Counted from the first letter of the stretch, positions 38,989-49,682 are shown. The stretch is 56,834 nt of DNA from Candidatus Zhuqueibacterota bacterium (GCA_016783825.1 JADHVV010000005.1:1-56834); one strand, 5' to 3'. The notes: generated by a model from the sequence alone, not told the origin. A program made the numbers and translations.

Positions 38989-39675
38989 TCAATCTCCATT
39001 CTTCGATTCATCTCTTTCAACTTTACCGTCCCTCAACCTGACTATTCTGTTCGTATGTTCGGCAATGTATTCTTCATGGGTTACTAAAATAATGGTATTC
39101 CCATTGTCGTGAAGATCTTCAAAAATTTCCATAATTTCTTCACCGGTACGTGTGTCCAAATTTCCGGTTGGTTCATCAGCTAAAATAATTTTTGGACTAT
39201 TCACCAGCGCCCTGGCGATGGCTACTCTTTGCCGTTGTCCACCCGAAAGTTCGTTGGGACGGTGAGTTACCCTGTCAGATAAGCCAACACGATCCAGCGC
39301 TTCTTTTGCAATTTTCTTCCTTTTTGCTGCTGGTGTACCGTTATAAATCAACGGTAATTCAACATTATGTAAAGCTGTAGCTCTGGGAAGTAAGTTGAAT
39401 GTTTGAAATACAAAGCCGATTTCCCGATTTCGAATATCCGCTAACTGGTCATCACTCATTTCACCTATCGATTCATTGACAAACTTATACGTACCGTTAC
39501 TCGGTGTATCCAGGCAGCCAAGCACATTCATTAATGTTGATTTACCCGAACCTGAAGGTCCCATGATTGCCAGGTATTCATTATCTTCAATATTCATTGA
39601 GACGCCGCGCAAAGCGTGCACTTCCTGGGTGCCGACTTCGTAAACCTTAGTGATATTATCAATTTTAATTAACAT
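38989..39675 (-). CDS. ABC transporter ATP-binding protein (LolD/MacB type)
   Basis: [29 protein letters not shown]. Confidence 0.95.
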   Translation of the reverse strand: MLIKIDNITKVYEVGTQEVHALRGVSMNIEDNEYLAIMGPSGSGKSTLMNVLGCLDTPSNGTYKFVNESIGEMSDDQLADIRNREIGFVFQTFNLLPRATALHNVELPLIYNGTPAAKRKKIAKEALDRVGLSDRVTHRPNELSGGQRQRVAIARALVNSPKIILADEPTGNLDTRTGEEIMEIFEDLHDNGNTIILVTHEEYIAEHTNRIVRLRDGKVERDESKNGD

Positions 39676-39713
39676 GACTTAAACCTTTATTAATTTTTTT
39701 ATTAGTGTTCCAT

Positions 39714-40952
39714 TTATTCTTCAGATTTTGATTTATCTTTCTTAGAAATTTTTATAGGGCTGCCATCCTTTAATGTTTTTGTAAGCACCCGATAGCTTCC
39801 AATAACAACCTGTTGATCCACTTCTAAACCGCTTTTGACTTCAATATCCGTATCACTTGAAATACCTGTTTCAACCGGAATAATTTTGGCAGTGCCTTCT
39901 TCAACAATAAATACAACCTCGATCATTTCATCTTTATCAGTTGATTTTGTTTCAGATTCATCTTGCTTCACTTGAACAGAATCATCCTTCGCTTCCTGTT
40001 CTTCTTCATCTGATGGGATATCTTTGGGGGCACGAACCGTAACCGATTGTATGGGGATTTGAAGAATATTCCTTCTAATTTCCGTTCTGATATCCACTGT
40101 TGAAGACATTCCCGGGCGAAGCTTTTCTACTTCATCCACAATCGCTATCTTAACTTTAAAATTTGTGATTTCTTCCTGTGTCCCCCTCCCCCTGGTATTG
40201 CCTGCCAAAGCCATTTCAGAAACAATGCCAATAAATGTAGTATCAGGAATGGCGTCGATTTCTATATCGGTTGTATCCCCAATTTCAACTAATGGAATAT
40301 CATTCTCATCGATTTCAGCCAATACTTCCATTCGGGAAAGATCAGCCACTTCCAGAATAACATCAGCCTGAAACATGGAACCAAGCGCTATCTCTCCAAT
40401 TTCTTTATTAATGATGGTTACTGTGCCATTAAAAGGGGAAAAAAGCTTAGTTTTTACCAAATCATCATTAGCCTGATCCAAGCTGGCAATTGCCTGCTCC
40501 AACTGGCTTTCAGCAAGTTTTAAATTTGCCTCAGCGTTTTCCAGATCAGCCGTTGACGAAAGCTTTTGATTATAAAGGTCTTTTGCCCTTTGAAAATCAT
40601 TTTCCGCTTTTTTGAGACTTGCTTCGGCAGCTTTTTTGGTAGATTTTGCTCTTTGAACCGCAGCTTGATATTTTGTACGATCCAGCTCAATTAAAAGCTG
40701 TCCCTTTTCTACCATCTCCCCTTCTTTGACGTAGAGACCGATTATTTCAGCGCTGACATTTGCAGAAATTTTAACATCAGTTTCTGGTTGAATTTTACCA
40801 GAAGCGGAAACAACCTGGGTGATATCTCCCCGCTTGACTTTTTCAACCTGGACAGAGATTTCACCTCCGCGTCCTTTTTTCATATTCACTATTACAAAAA
40901 CTGCAATAATGATTACTACACCGATTATAATGAATATTTTTTTCTTAGTCAT
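39714..40952 (-). CDS. Efflux periplasmic adaptor (MacA/HlyD-like)
   Basis: N-terminal TM helix, lipoyl-like V.EG..V.KGQ, coiled coil, LRPGMS. Confidence 0.92.
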   Translation of the reverse strand: MTKKKIFIIIGVVIIIAVFVIVNMKKGRGGEISVQVEKVKRGDITQVVSASGKIQPETDVKISANVSAEIIGLYVKEGEMVEKGQLLIELDRTKYQAAVQRAKSTKKAAEASLKKAENDFQRAKDLYNQKLSSTADLENAEANLKLAESQLEQAIASLDQANDDLVKTKLFSPFNGTVTIINKEIGEIALGSMFQADVILEVADLSRMEVLAEIDENDIPLVEIGDTTDIEIDAIPDTTFIGIVSEMALAGNTRGRGTQEEITNFKVKIAIVDEVEKLRPGMSSTVDIRTEIRRNILQIPIQSVTVRAPKDIPSDEEEQEAKDDSVQVKQDESETKSTDKDEMIEVVFIVEEGTAKIIPVETGISSDTDIEVKSGLEVDQQVVIGSYRVLTKTLKDGSPIKISKKDKSKSEE

Positions 40953-41192
40953 TCATGTTCTCCTAACTATTCCTTTATTCTTTGTTTTTCTCTTTTTGTA
41001 AAACTAATGTACCAAACCCGCTAGAGGTAAATTCAAAAGTAGCAGTCGCTAGTGGCAGTAGCAGTGGGATCACAGTAACTAGAACTCTTAAAAAACTGCT
41101 TCTGCTACTGCAACTGCTACTTATCAGGTTTACAGTTACTTTTTACCTAAGTTGTCGGATGTTACATTTTAACCCATAACAAGTATATATTA

Positions 41193-42512
41193 CTACCAAC
41201 TCAATCTTCCCACAGCTAAATCAAGAACAGTAATCGCGTATTTGTAATCATAAATTGCCTGAATCCTGTTAACACGCGCCCTGGTTAATGAATTTTGCGC
41301 GGTGAGTTGTTCTATCAATGTGCCGGCGCCAATGCGGTATCTTTCACTTGCCAGGCGGTAATCCTCTTCTGCGGAAATAACATTTTCTTTTGTAACATCG
41401 ATATTTTCTTTTGCTTTTTCAATTTCAAGAACAGCTTGTTTCACATCCAAAATGACCTGTCTTTTCGCCTGCTCCAGGTCTGCTTCGGCAGCGACAACCT
41501 GTGCTTTTGCCTGCTGAATATTGGAACTTGTCTTTAGACCATTAAACAAATTCAAATTCATACTTACGCCAAAACTGTATGTATCGAATTCGTCAATATC
41601 TCGTTTGCTCTGCGGGAACTGAACATCCCACCAACTATAGTTACCAAAGAAAGATATTGAAGGCAAATGCGCGCTGCGCTGAATTGTTACCGAAGATTTT
41701 GTGCTTGTTAGATTGTTTTGATATGATTTAAAATCCAAACGATTCTGTAAAGCTTGTTCAACAGAATTATCAAAATCAATGTCTATTATACTCACTTCAG
41801 TTTCAATTGGTTCTCGAACCAAATCAATCTCTTCGGTAATATCGATACCCAGTGTATGATTAACATGAGTCTTTGCAGTTATATAAGCATTTCTTGCATT
41901 TACTAAAGCGAGTTTGTTTTCACCAACACGAACTTTTTGCTGGTAAACTTCCGCTCGAGATACTACGCCAATTTTTTCCATTGTTTCAATTCTGTTGAGT
42001 TCTTTGTTACTTGTTTGCAACGCTTCTTCTGCCACTTTTAATAGTTGTTCATTTTTAAGTACATTGTAGTATTTTAATTTCACATCAAGAACAACAGTTT
42101 GCTGAGTCCATGTCAAAGTGTTTTTGTAGCGCTCATTTTCAGCTTTACTTTGCTTTAAAGTTGCATAATTTCGTAATCCGGTAAAAATAGGCTGGTCAAT
42201 CCTTACTTGATAGTAGTATGATTCTTTAGAAGTTACTAACTGATCAAACCGAATTGTGTACATATTCTGCTCTCTTTTCTGCCATTGGGAATAAGCACCG
42301 ATTGTCGGCAAAAAATTTCCAATTGAAGACTTTAAACCGGCTTGTGCAATTTTTGAATAACTTTTTGCCGAAACAATACTGGTGTTGTTTTTCAGCGCTA
42401 TTTTTATGCAATCGTCTAATGAAAGCTTTTTAATTGTCTGGGAAAATAGCGCTGAACTAAAAAGAGAAACTGTTAAAATTATTACAGATATCATAAAGTG
42501 AAACTTTTTCAT
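41193..42512 (-). CDS. TolC-family outer membrane protein
   Basis: Signal peptide, LSLDDCIKIALKNN, RY..G; AGGAG before ATG at 42512. Confidence 0.9.
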   Translation of the reverse strand: MKKFHFMISVIILTVSLFSSALFSQTIKKLSLDDCIKIALKNNTSIVSAKSYSKIAQAGLKSSIGNFLPTIGAYSQWQKREQNMYTIRFDQLVTSKESYYYQVRIDQPIFTGLRNYATLKQSKAENERYKNTLTWTQQTVVLDVKLKYYNVLKNEQLLKVAEEALQTSNKELNRIETMEKIGVVSRAEVYQQKVRVGENKLALVNARNAYITAKTHVNHTLGIDITEEIDLVREPIETEVSIIDIDFDNSVEQALQNRLDFKSYQNNLTSTKSSVTIQRSAHLPSISFFGNYSWWDVQFPQSKRDIDEFDTYSFGVSMNLNLFNGLKTSSNIQQAKAQVVAAEADLEQAKRQVILDVKQAVLEIEKAKENIDVTKENVISAEEDYRLASERYRIGAGTLIEQLTAQNSLTRARVNRIQAIYDYKYAITVLDLAVGRLSW

Positions 42513-42546
42513 GTTATAACTCCTATTCATATATTTGTGCGTTATC

Positions 42547-43251
42547 CTATCCAAACATTTGTGAAAAACCAGCTGATATTAAAATAGTGATCAAAAATAA
42601 AACAGCCATGGTCCAGCCGGATTTTTTCATACTAAATTTATAAATGACCGCAAATCCGATGGCTAAAACGATGTACTGCCAGATAGCAAATATATCAAAA
42701 CCTTTGAGAATATTATAAACAAATGTTTTCGATTGATCAGCAGGTAAAAATGAAGCTATACTAAAGTGAACATCTGCTGTTTGTTTGGACAGAATTAATG
42801 GAATTCTCAGCAGCAACCCGAACATCCCGATAAGTGATGAATAAGTATAAACAGAAAACATCTTTTTGAATGTTGTTTGTCCGCCTAAAACGATATTTCC
42901 CACGAACCAAAAAATAAGCGCAAAAATAAGAAGCATAATTGGTACTACTATAACAGCGCCAATTGGTCCAGAAATTTTACCTATCTTTTCACCCATTGCC
43001 ATTGCCTGATCGATTTCATCATCAGACATGCCTCGCTCCTCAAACTTTACTCGTTGTTTTTCCATTTGTTCGGGCATAGTTATTGGCAAAGTAACCATTG
43101 TAAAAATAAGGGTAATAAGAACGACAACAATAAGCGGCACCAACCAATCTGGTTTTCTATCAATGGATTCAAAAGAATCTCTTGGTGAGAAGAAAACACC
43201 GACTAATTTTTGAACGACACTCAAATCTTTACTTGTGTTATTCTCTTCCAT
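42547..43251 (-). CDS. Yip1-family membrane protein
   Basis: FFSP...F......P.W..P pattern, about five TM helices. Confidence 0.8.
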   Translation of the reverse strand: MEENNTSKDLSVVQKLVGVFFSPRDSFESIDRKPDWLVPLIVVVLITLIFTMVTLPITMPEQMEKQRVKFEERGMSDDEIDQAMAMGEKIGKISGPIGAVIVVPIMLLIFALIFWFVGNIVLGGQTTFKKMFSVYTYSSLIGMFGLLLRIPLILSKQTADVHFSIASFLPADQSKTFVYNILKGFDIFAIWQYIVLAIGFAVIYKFSMKKSGWTMAVLFLITILISAGFSQMFG

Positions 43252-43417
43252 TTTATCCTCCGGTTTTTAAAATTCATTAGATTAAGGTTATACTGAAAAG
43301 GTACTACGTTGATTTGGAATTTAAAGTTGTTTGACCATTAGGAACGGAATATAACATTAAAAGTTTCAAAAATAAACATAGCGAAAATATTTGAATTATG
43401 CAAGATATATTCGTTAA

Positions 43418-43621
43418 CTAAATGTCCCCCAAAAATTTAGGACAAAAGCTCTTCAAATCCCATAAAATAAGGATCTTTTGGGGATTGGAATGTGAAAATA
43501 AAATTTTGAAAAGTTAACACTATTTTGATAGAAAAATATAATTTATATGCCGTAAGGATACTATTTACAATACAGCTGATTTTTGAAATCCTAAATTTTA
43601 AAAAAAATGGGGGTCATTCAG
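43418..43621. mobile_element. MITE with 11-bp TSD
   Basis: CTAAATGTCCCCCA / TGGGGGTCATTCAG; ATATTCGTTAA on both flanks. Confidence 0.85.
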
Positions 43622-43940
43622 ATATTCGTTAAGGGTTAAAATGTAACAATCATCTAAAATATTTCTTTTGACTGTTATTATCTGTTACCATAAATGCATG
43701 GCGCAAAGAGCATGGCGCATGGCGTAAAATATGCGTTTAGCACCATGCTCTATGCGCCTTGCTTTTCTTGACAGGCCTCTTTACTTAAGAAAAGGAATGT
43801 TTTATATGTTACAAAATAAACCTCAACGAGTATAATATCAAATTATCTGAATCTTTTTATTTTATACTACATCTAATTGATTTGAATTTAAAAACCTTTT
43901 TTTTATAAACTGGAACAATTAATTTCGGAGACTTTTATCA

Positions 43941-44177
43941 GTGAAACATTTTAAGAAAATTGCAGTTGTTGTAATAGGCGCAGCATTAGGATTTGCGTAC
44001 TATCGATTTGTTGGCTGCCAGTCCGGAGTTTGTCCGTTAACAAGCAATCCCTGGATAAGCACCGGTTATGGCGCATTAATTGGTTTTGTTTTTACCATTA
44101 ACGGTAAACAGAAGGAACAAACTCTTAACGGAAAACAGGGCGAGCAAAAAAACGATCAGGAAAAGGAGAGTAATTAA
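43941..44177 (+). CDS. DUF6132-like small membrane protein (CxxxxC)
   Basis: GA.LGFAYY.FVGC.SG.CPLTSNP..S..YG. Confidence 0.8.
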   Translation: MKHFKKIAVVVIGAALGFAYYRFVGCQSGVCPLTSNPWISTGYGALIGFVFTINGKQKEQTLNGKQGEQKNDQEKESN

Positions 44178-44342
44178 ATGGACTTTTGGGAAATAATCAT
44201 ATTTTTCGCTGCTTATTTTGTTGTAATGAAATATATCCTGCCCAAAATGGGTATGCCAACCTGAATGTCCACATCATGCGACCTTCCGGGTGAAAGTCAA
44301 AAAAAATCTGAAACTGAAATTATCGAAAATAAAAATGAATAA
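44178..44342 (+). CDS. Candidate 54-aa membrane selenoprotein (UxxxxC)
   Basis: AGGAG RBS; MDFWEIIIFFAAYFVVMKYILPKMGMPT-TGA(44262)-MSTSCDLPG...NE*; SECIS-like stem 44280-44298. Confidence 0.6.
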
Positions 44343-44475
44343 TTGATTCAGTTCAAAAAAAATCTAAACCTCGAATTACACTAATTTCACTGATTATTTC
44401 TTTTTAATTCGTGCAATTCGTGTAAATTAGTGGTTTATCAGTGAACTTATTATTTAATGGAGGATTGTTTAAGAA

Positions 44476-44685
44476 ATGCCGATTTATGAATACCGTTGTA
44501 ACAAATGTGATCACAAGTTTGAAATGTTTCAAAGTATTGGCGCATCAAATGAATCATTGAATTGCCCAAACTGTAATGAACCAAAACCCGATAGAATTTT
44601 TTCTGTTTTTGGTTCTGCCAGTGGTGGTGATTCAGCATTCAGTGGTGGTGGATGCAGCCCATCCAGCCCATTTTCGTGAGGTTAG
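44476..44685 (+). CDS. FmdB-family zinc ribbon protein, candidate C-terminal Sec (...PFS-U-G*)
   Basis: MPIYEYRC..C...CP.C; TGA at 44677 then GGT TAG; hairpin TAAAGC-AGTTT-GCTTTA downstream. Confidence 0.75.
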
Positions 44686-44887
44686 AAACAATAAAGCAGT
44701 TTGCTTTAAATTTGATTTGATAGGAATGTTATTATTATCTTTTTAAAAATTTTAAAATTAATCATCCGGCATTATTGAAAAGCAGCAGTTGTAGTAGCAG
44801 GAAAAATTTTGACGTACGATTATTACTGCCGCTGCTTCTGCTACTTGCAACACACTATGCTGGGAATTCTAAATATATGGAGGTATC

Positions 44888-45475
44888 ATGAAAAAATTAT
44901 CAACTATGTTTTTAATATTAGCAATCGTCTTTGTCTGGGGCTGTTCGGGTACTGATAGTGAATCAATCGCTCAGGACAGTAAAGAGAAGAAAGTTGAGAA
45001 AGCGCATGAAGAAGTAGTTTGGACAACTTTTGATGAAGGTCTGGCAAAAGGCGTCAAAGAGAATAAAAATATCATTGTGGATTTCTACACCGATTGGTGT
45101 CACTGGTGTAAAGTGATGGATGAAAAAACATTCGGTGAGAAAAAAGTAGCTGCCAAATTAAAAGAAAGATTTGCCACTGTTCGGCTTAATGCTGAAAGTA
45201 ACAGTGAGTTTGCAAATTATAAAGGAAAGAAATATTCAAACATGGAGTTGACAAGAGCTTTCCAGGTTACAGGATTTCCTTCTTTAGCATTTCTCAGCCC
45301 TGAAAAAGAAATCATTACTGTTATTCCCGGCTACGTTCCGGCAGATCAATTTTATCATATTCTCGACTTCATTGATAAAGAATGCTATAAAAAGAAAATG
45401 ACGCTTGAAGAATTCATCAAGAAAAAAGGTGAATGCGAAGAATCTAAAAAAGAAGAGTCAAAGAATGAGAAATAA
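44888..45475 (+). CDS. Thioredoxin-fold lipoprotein (SoxW/DUF255-like)
   Basis: Lipobox VWGC, DFYTDWCHWC, GFP. Confidence 0.88.
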   Translation: MKKLSTMFLILAIVFVWGCSGTDSESIAQDSKEKKVEKAHEEVVWTTFDEGLAKGVKENKNIIVDFYTDWCHWCKVMDEKTFGEKKVAAKLKERFATVRLNAESNSEFANYKGKKYSNMELTRAFQVTGFPSLAFLSPEKEIITVIPGYVPADQFYHILDFIDKECYKKKMTLEEFIKKKGECEESKKEESKNEK

Positions 45476-45599
45476 AGTCATTGCGACAAATTAAGAATCA
45501 GCATTAAAAGGCAAAATGAATTATTGGCATAATAATCATTTTGCCTTTTTTTTTGTCAAATTATTTTGACTTCAATCATTTTGACTTTGAATTTTTTAA

Positions 45600-45812
45600 T
45601 CCAAATAATGCAATAGCCACGAAGACACGAAGGTTTTAATACCCGAAGGGTGCACAAAGAATTAAATTATAATTAGTTATGAATACATATTTAGCAAACT
45701 TTTTTCATTTTTTTATACATCAACTTTACAACAGAACTTATGTTTTTCCTTTGTGTTTCTTGGTGGCTTTGTGTCTTTGTGGCAACTCTTTTTTTCTACT
45801 GCATTATCTGGG
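45600..45812. mobile_element. MITE, same TIR family as 26777-26973
   Basis: TCCAAATAATGCAATAG / CTACTGCATTATCTGGG; TTTAA TSD. Confidence 0.8.
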
Positions 45813-45963
45813 TTTAAGTAACATTACATTTGTAGCTAATATTCTCCCGCAGAAATAAAAAAACACTTGCTTAATGTAAATTTATTTTTAAATTATAGGC
45901 TTACAAGCATATTTAAAATAAATTGGCTGCAAATGAATTATTGCAAACAAAAGGCATTTATAA

Positions 45964-48315
45964 ATGGAAAACAAATACACATTAGATTCTATCGTTGAAA
46001 AAACGATACTTGAAAAAACAGGGCAACAAGCTATTTACCCGGCTCACGAAAAAATCCCGGTTATTATTGTAGAAAATTTTCCCACATTAGGAAAATTCAC
46101 AGCGATTCGTTTTATTGAGTGGGTACAAAAAAATCCCGATGGCGTTATTTCCTTGCCTACAGGTAAAACACCGGAACATTTCATCAAGTGGGTTCGACAC
46201 TACATTAGAAACTGGAATAAAACAGAAACTAAAAAAGACCTTGAATCCTGGGGAATTGATCCATCGAAAAAACCGGAAATGAATAAATTGCATTTTGTCC
46301 AAATCGATGAATTCTATCCCATCAATCCGCTGCAAAACAACAGCTTCTACCATTACATCAATCGTTTTTATATTAAGGGATTTGGACTAGACAAAAATAA
46401 AGCGCTATTGATCAATGCGTATCGAATTGGGGTGCCAAAAGAGATGGATCCCCAGCAAGTGTTCCCGGATGACAAGATTGATCTTAGCCTCAGAACAAGA
46501 CAGCCAAATAACAAAATAGAAAGAATTCAAAAAAAAGTTATTGAAGATGTTGATCAATATTGTACCGAATATGAAAACAGAATTCGGGATTTGGGAGGAA
46601 TTGGTTTTTTCCTCGGTGGAATAGGACCCGATGGACATATCGCTTTTAACATCAAAGGCTCTGACCATTATTCAACAACCCGCCTCATGCCTACAAACTA
46701 TGAAACCCAGGCAGCCGCGGCTTCTGACATGGGTGGAATTGAGGTTGCACGAAACAGACTGGTGATAACCATTGGATTGAGTACCATTGTTCATAATAAA
46801 GAAGCCGTTACAATCATTATCGCATCAGGCGAAGCAAAAGCAAAAATTGTTGCCCAGGCAGTGGAAAATGAAGATAACAATCTTTACCCGGCAACTGTGC
46901 TTCAATCGTTGGAAAACTCCCGATTCTACATAACACAAGGCGCGGCAAAACATTTGGTGGAAAGACGCTTCCACGCATTGACTACGAAAGAGCAGATAAG
47001 TGACCAGGATATTGAGCGAGTTGTCACAAACCTTTCATTGCTTATTAATATTCCAATCAACAGCTTGAGCGATAAAAATTTCAAGGATAATAAATTTGGG
47101 AACGAGATTCTATTAAAAACCGAAAAATCATCAGCGGTTTTAAAAAAGGAAGTGGAAAAATCTATTCTCGCTAAAATAGAAGATGGGCTGCAACCTGTTG
47201 AAGGAAAAATTTTCCTGCACACTGCGCCCCATCATGATGACATCATGTTAGGTTTTTGGCCCTACATGGTTCACCTGGTTAGAGATCCCAAAAACAGCCA
47301 CTATTTCAATTACATGACCAGTGGATTCACTGCTGTCACCAATAAACATGTGCTTGACTTATTGGTAACTCTGAAGCATCTCGTTGATACTCCAAAATTC
47401 CACAAATTAATGGGAAGAAATTATTTTGATCCTGACGCTGAAATGGGCAAAAATAGAGATGTGTATCATTATCTCGATGGCATTGCGGCACATAGTCGTT
47501 CAATAAAAGAAGAAGCTGAAAGCAGACGTTTACTCCGAAACCTTATTTCTATTTTTGAAGAAGACAGCCTTGACCATCTGAAAGATCGTGTTAGCGAAAT
47601 GATCAACTACTTCAAAACACAATATCCCGGAAAAAAAGATATTCAGTATATTCAAGATTTAAAAGGAATGATTCGTGAATGGGAAGCTGATTTACTGTGG
47701 GCTTACCTGGGATTCAACTGTTCCAATGTTAAGCATTTACGGTTAGGATTTTACAAAGGTGAAATTTTTACAGAAGAGCCGGATATAAATCGCGATGTAC
47801 CACCAATATTAGAAATGATTGAAAAAATCCGTCCTAACATTGTAACAGTTGCACTTGACCCGGAAGGCAGCGGCCCTGACACCCATTACAAAGTAATGCA
47901 AGCTATTAGCGAAGCATTGAGAATTTATCAAAAGAAAAATAAAAGAAAAGATATCGAAGTATGGGGTTACAGAAATGTTTGGTTTCGTTTTCATCCATCT
48001 GAAGTAACTACGGCTGTTCCGGTCTCATTGAATTCCTATGCCAGCCTGGAATATGCGTTTATGAATTGTTTCGGTTCACAACGTGCTGCTTCATTCCCCA
48101 GTTATGAAATGGATGGACCTTTTTCAAGGTTAGCGCAGCAAATAATGGTAGAACAGTATCAGAATATTAAAACATGCCTTGGCAGGGAATATTTATTTAA
48201 CCACGATCATCCGCGCTTACGGGCAGCACGTGGATTTAATTTTCTCAAAAAAATGTCGTTGGATGAGTTTTTTGAGCATTCAATGGAGTTGAAGAAATCT
48301 ACGGAGAATAGATGA
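45964..48315 (+). CDS. nagB: Glucosamine-6-phosphate deaminase fused to a PIG-L-like deacetylase domain
   Basis: LPTGKTP, QIDEFYP, GGIGPDGHIAFN; second domain APHHDD, DPEG..PDTH. Confidence 0.85.
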   Translation: MENKYTLDSIVEKTILEKTGQQAIYPAHEKIPVIIVENFPTLGKFTAIRFIEWVQKNPDGVISLPTGKTPEHFIKWVRHYIRNWNKTETKKDLESWGIDPSKKPEMNKLHFVQIDEFYPINPLQNNSFYHYINRFYIKGFGLDKNKALLINAYRIGVPKEMDPQQVFPDDKIDLSLRTRQPNNKIERIQKKVIEDVDQYCTEYENRIRDLGGIGFFLGGIGPDGHIAFNIKGSDHYSTTRLMPTNYETQAAAASDMGGIEVARNRLVITIGLSTIVHNKEAVTIIIASGEAKAKIVAQAVENEDNNLYPATVLQSLENSRFYITQGAAKHLVERRFHALTTKEQISDQDIERVVTNLSLLINIPINSLSDKNFKDNKFGNEILLKTEKSSAVLKKEVEKSILAKIEDGLQPVEGKIFLHTAPHHDDIMLGFWPYMVHLVRDPKNSHYFNYMTSGFTAVTNKHVLDLLVTLKHLVDTPKFHKLMGRNYFDPDAEMGKNRDVYHYLDGIAAHSRSIKEEAESRRLLRNLISIFEEDSLDHLKDRVSEMINYFKTQYPGKKDIQYIQDLKGMIREWEADLLWAYLGFNCSNVKHLRLGFYKGEIFTEEPDINRDVPPILEMIEKIRPNIVTVALDPEGSGPDTHYKVMQAISEALRIYQKKNKRKDIEVWGYRNVWFRFHPSEVTTAVPVSLNSYASLEYAFMNCFGSQRAASFPSYEMDGPFSRLAQQIMVEQYQNIKTCLGREYLFNHDHPRLRAARGFNFLKKMSLDEFFEHSMELKKSTENR

Positions 48316-48389
48316 TTGATGGGAGATTTTTGGGAGTATTTTAATTGTGATGGTTACCTTGAAAAACAAATCCAATCCGCCGCGGCGGA

Positions 48390-49254
48390 AAACAACCCAA
48401 CGGATAAAAAATTAAAGATGTGAAATGGAATTATTACATAAAGATTTGTCGCATGATTTGATCGGGTGTTTCTTTCATGTGCATAATACATTAGGAGTGG
48501 GATTTGATGAAAAAACTTACCATAATGCTTTGGAGTACCACTTGGGAAAATGTGGGATAAATCATTTTTCAAGGGAGAGAAAAGCACTTTATCATCGCGG
48601 CTATCAGGTGAGGTCGTTTGAAACAGATTTTGTAATTTCAGGAAAGATAATTTTAGAATTAAAAGCTATTCAATCCCGCTTTATTCAAGCAAATTATGTA
48701 CAAATTCTTTCGGAGTTGAAATTATGGAAAATGCAATTGGGATTGCTTGTTAATTTTGGTTTACAAAAAGTTATTATTGAAAGAATACCCTTTTCAGAAA
48801 AACCAAAAACGATTTATGAAAACTATGATCATATCAAAGATAATATTGATGAGAATGATAGAAAAATATTGGCAGCGGTTCGTGACAGTATTCTTTATGT
48901 TTTCGAGGTTCATGGTTTGGGTTATGGCGGCGCTCTCTATCGTAAATTGATCGAAACAGAACTTGAATTTAAGAAACTAAATTATCAGAAAAAAATTCCT
49001 ATCTCAGTGAAATACGAGGGTGAAGTAATATCAGAATTCAAAATGAAACCAATGGCAGTAGAGAATTGAATTATCTGTGCCATAAATGCACTCGGGGATA
49101 AAATTGATTTTTATGACATTGCAAAAATCAAATCTTACTTAAGAGTGTTAGGCTTACAAATTGGTATTATCGTTAATTTTGGAAAAAGCAAATTAGAAAT
49201 AAGAGCTATTTCTATCTAATATTCAAAAAAAATCTTTTATCCGTTGGGTTGTTT
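48390..49254. mobile_element. GxxExxY-carrying unit bounded by perfect 20-bp inverted repeats
   Basis: AAACAACCCAACGGATAAAA (48390-48409) / TTTTATCCGTTGGGTTGTTT (49235-49254). Confidence 0.7.
48425..49219 (+). pseudogene. Tandem two-domain GxxExxY (PD-(D/E)xK-like) protein with in-frame TGA at 49067
   Basis: GFDEKTY, ELKA, VNFG; the second domain continues after the TGA (IICAINAL...SYL...GIIVNFG) to TAA at 49219. Confidence 0.8.
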
Positions 49255-49337
49255 CTATCCGTTGGTTTTGCCTATAACTTCCAATATTTTAATCAATTAA
49301 ATATCACAGAACAAAAACAGTTAACCCGGAGACCACA

Positions 49338-49682
49338 ATGAAAAAATTAACTTTTAGCCTCACAACAATTCTACTAATCGCTCTGATAAGCTGTGCCGCC
49401 AGAACAAGAATATTTGATATTAAACAAACCCCGAGAAGATTTCATGATAAAACGGTTACGGTTGCAGGAACGGTTACTAATACAATTTCACTTCCTGTTC
49501 TCAAAGTAGGTGTATTTCAAATTGATGACGGCTCAGGGAAAATTTGGGTAAAACCAAAACATAACACCCCATTCAAAGGTGACCGGGTGGCAGTAACCGG
49601 AACAATCAAAGTTGGTATCACCATTTCCGGGCGTAGTTTTGGTGTAATTCTATTTGAGTCTGACACTGATGAACCGTTGTAA
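49338..49682 (+). CDS. OB-fold lipoprotein
   Basis: Lipobox LISC; V.V.G.V, DDGSG.IWV, GDRV.V.G. Confidence 0.75.
   Translation: MKKLTFSLTTILLIALISCAARTRIFDIKQTPRRFHDKTVTVAGTVTNTISLPVLKVGVFQIDDGSGKIWVKPKHNTPFKGDRVAVTGTIKVGITISGRSFGVILFESDTDEPL

Noticed and set aside
40982-41179. 65-aa ORF between tolC and the adaptor gene
   Set aside because: Opposite strand and made of AGTAGC/GCTACT palindrome arms
49067-49069. Selenocysteine or alternative genetic code at the GxxExxY TGA
   Set aside because: Not a Cys-type position and no convincing SECIS; many other genes here end properly at TGA, so code 11 applies
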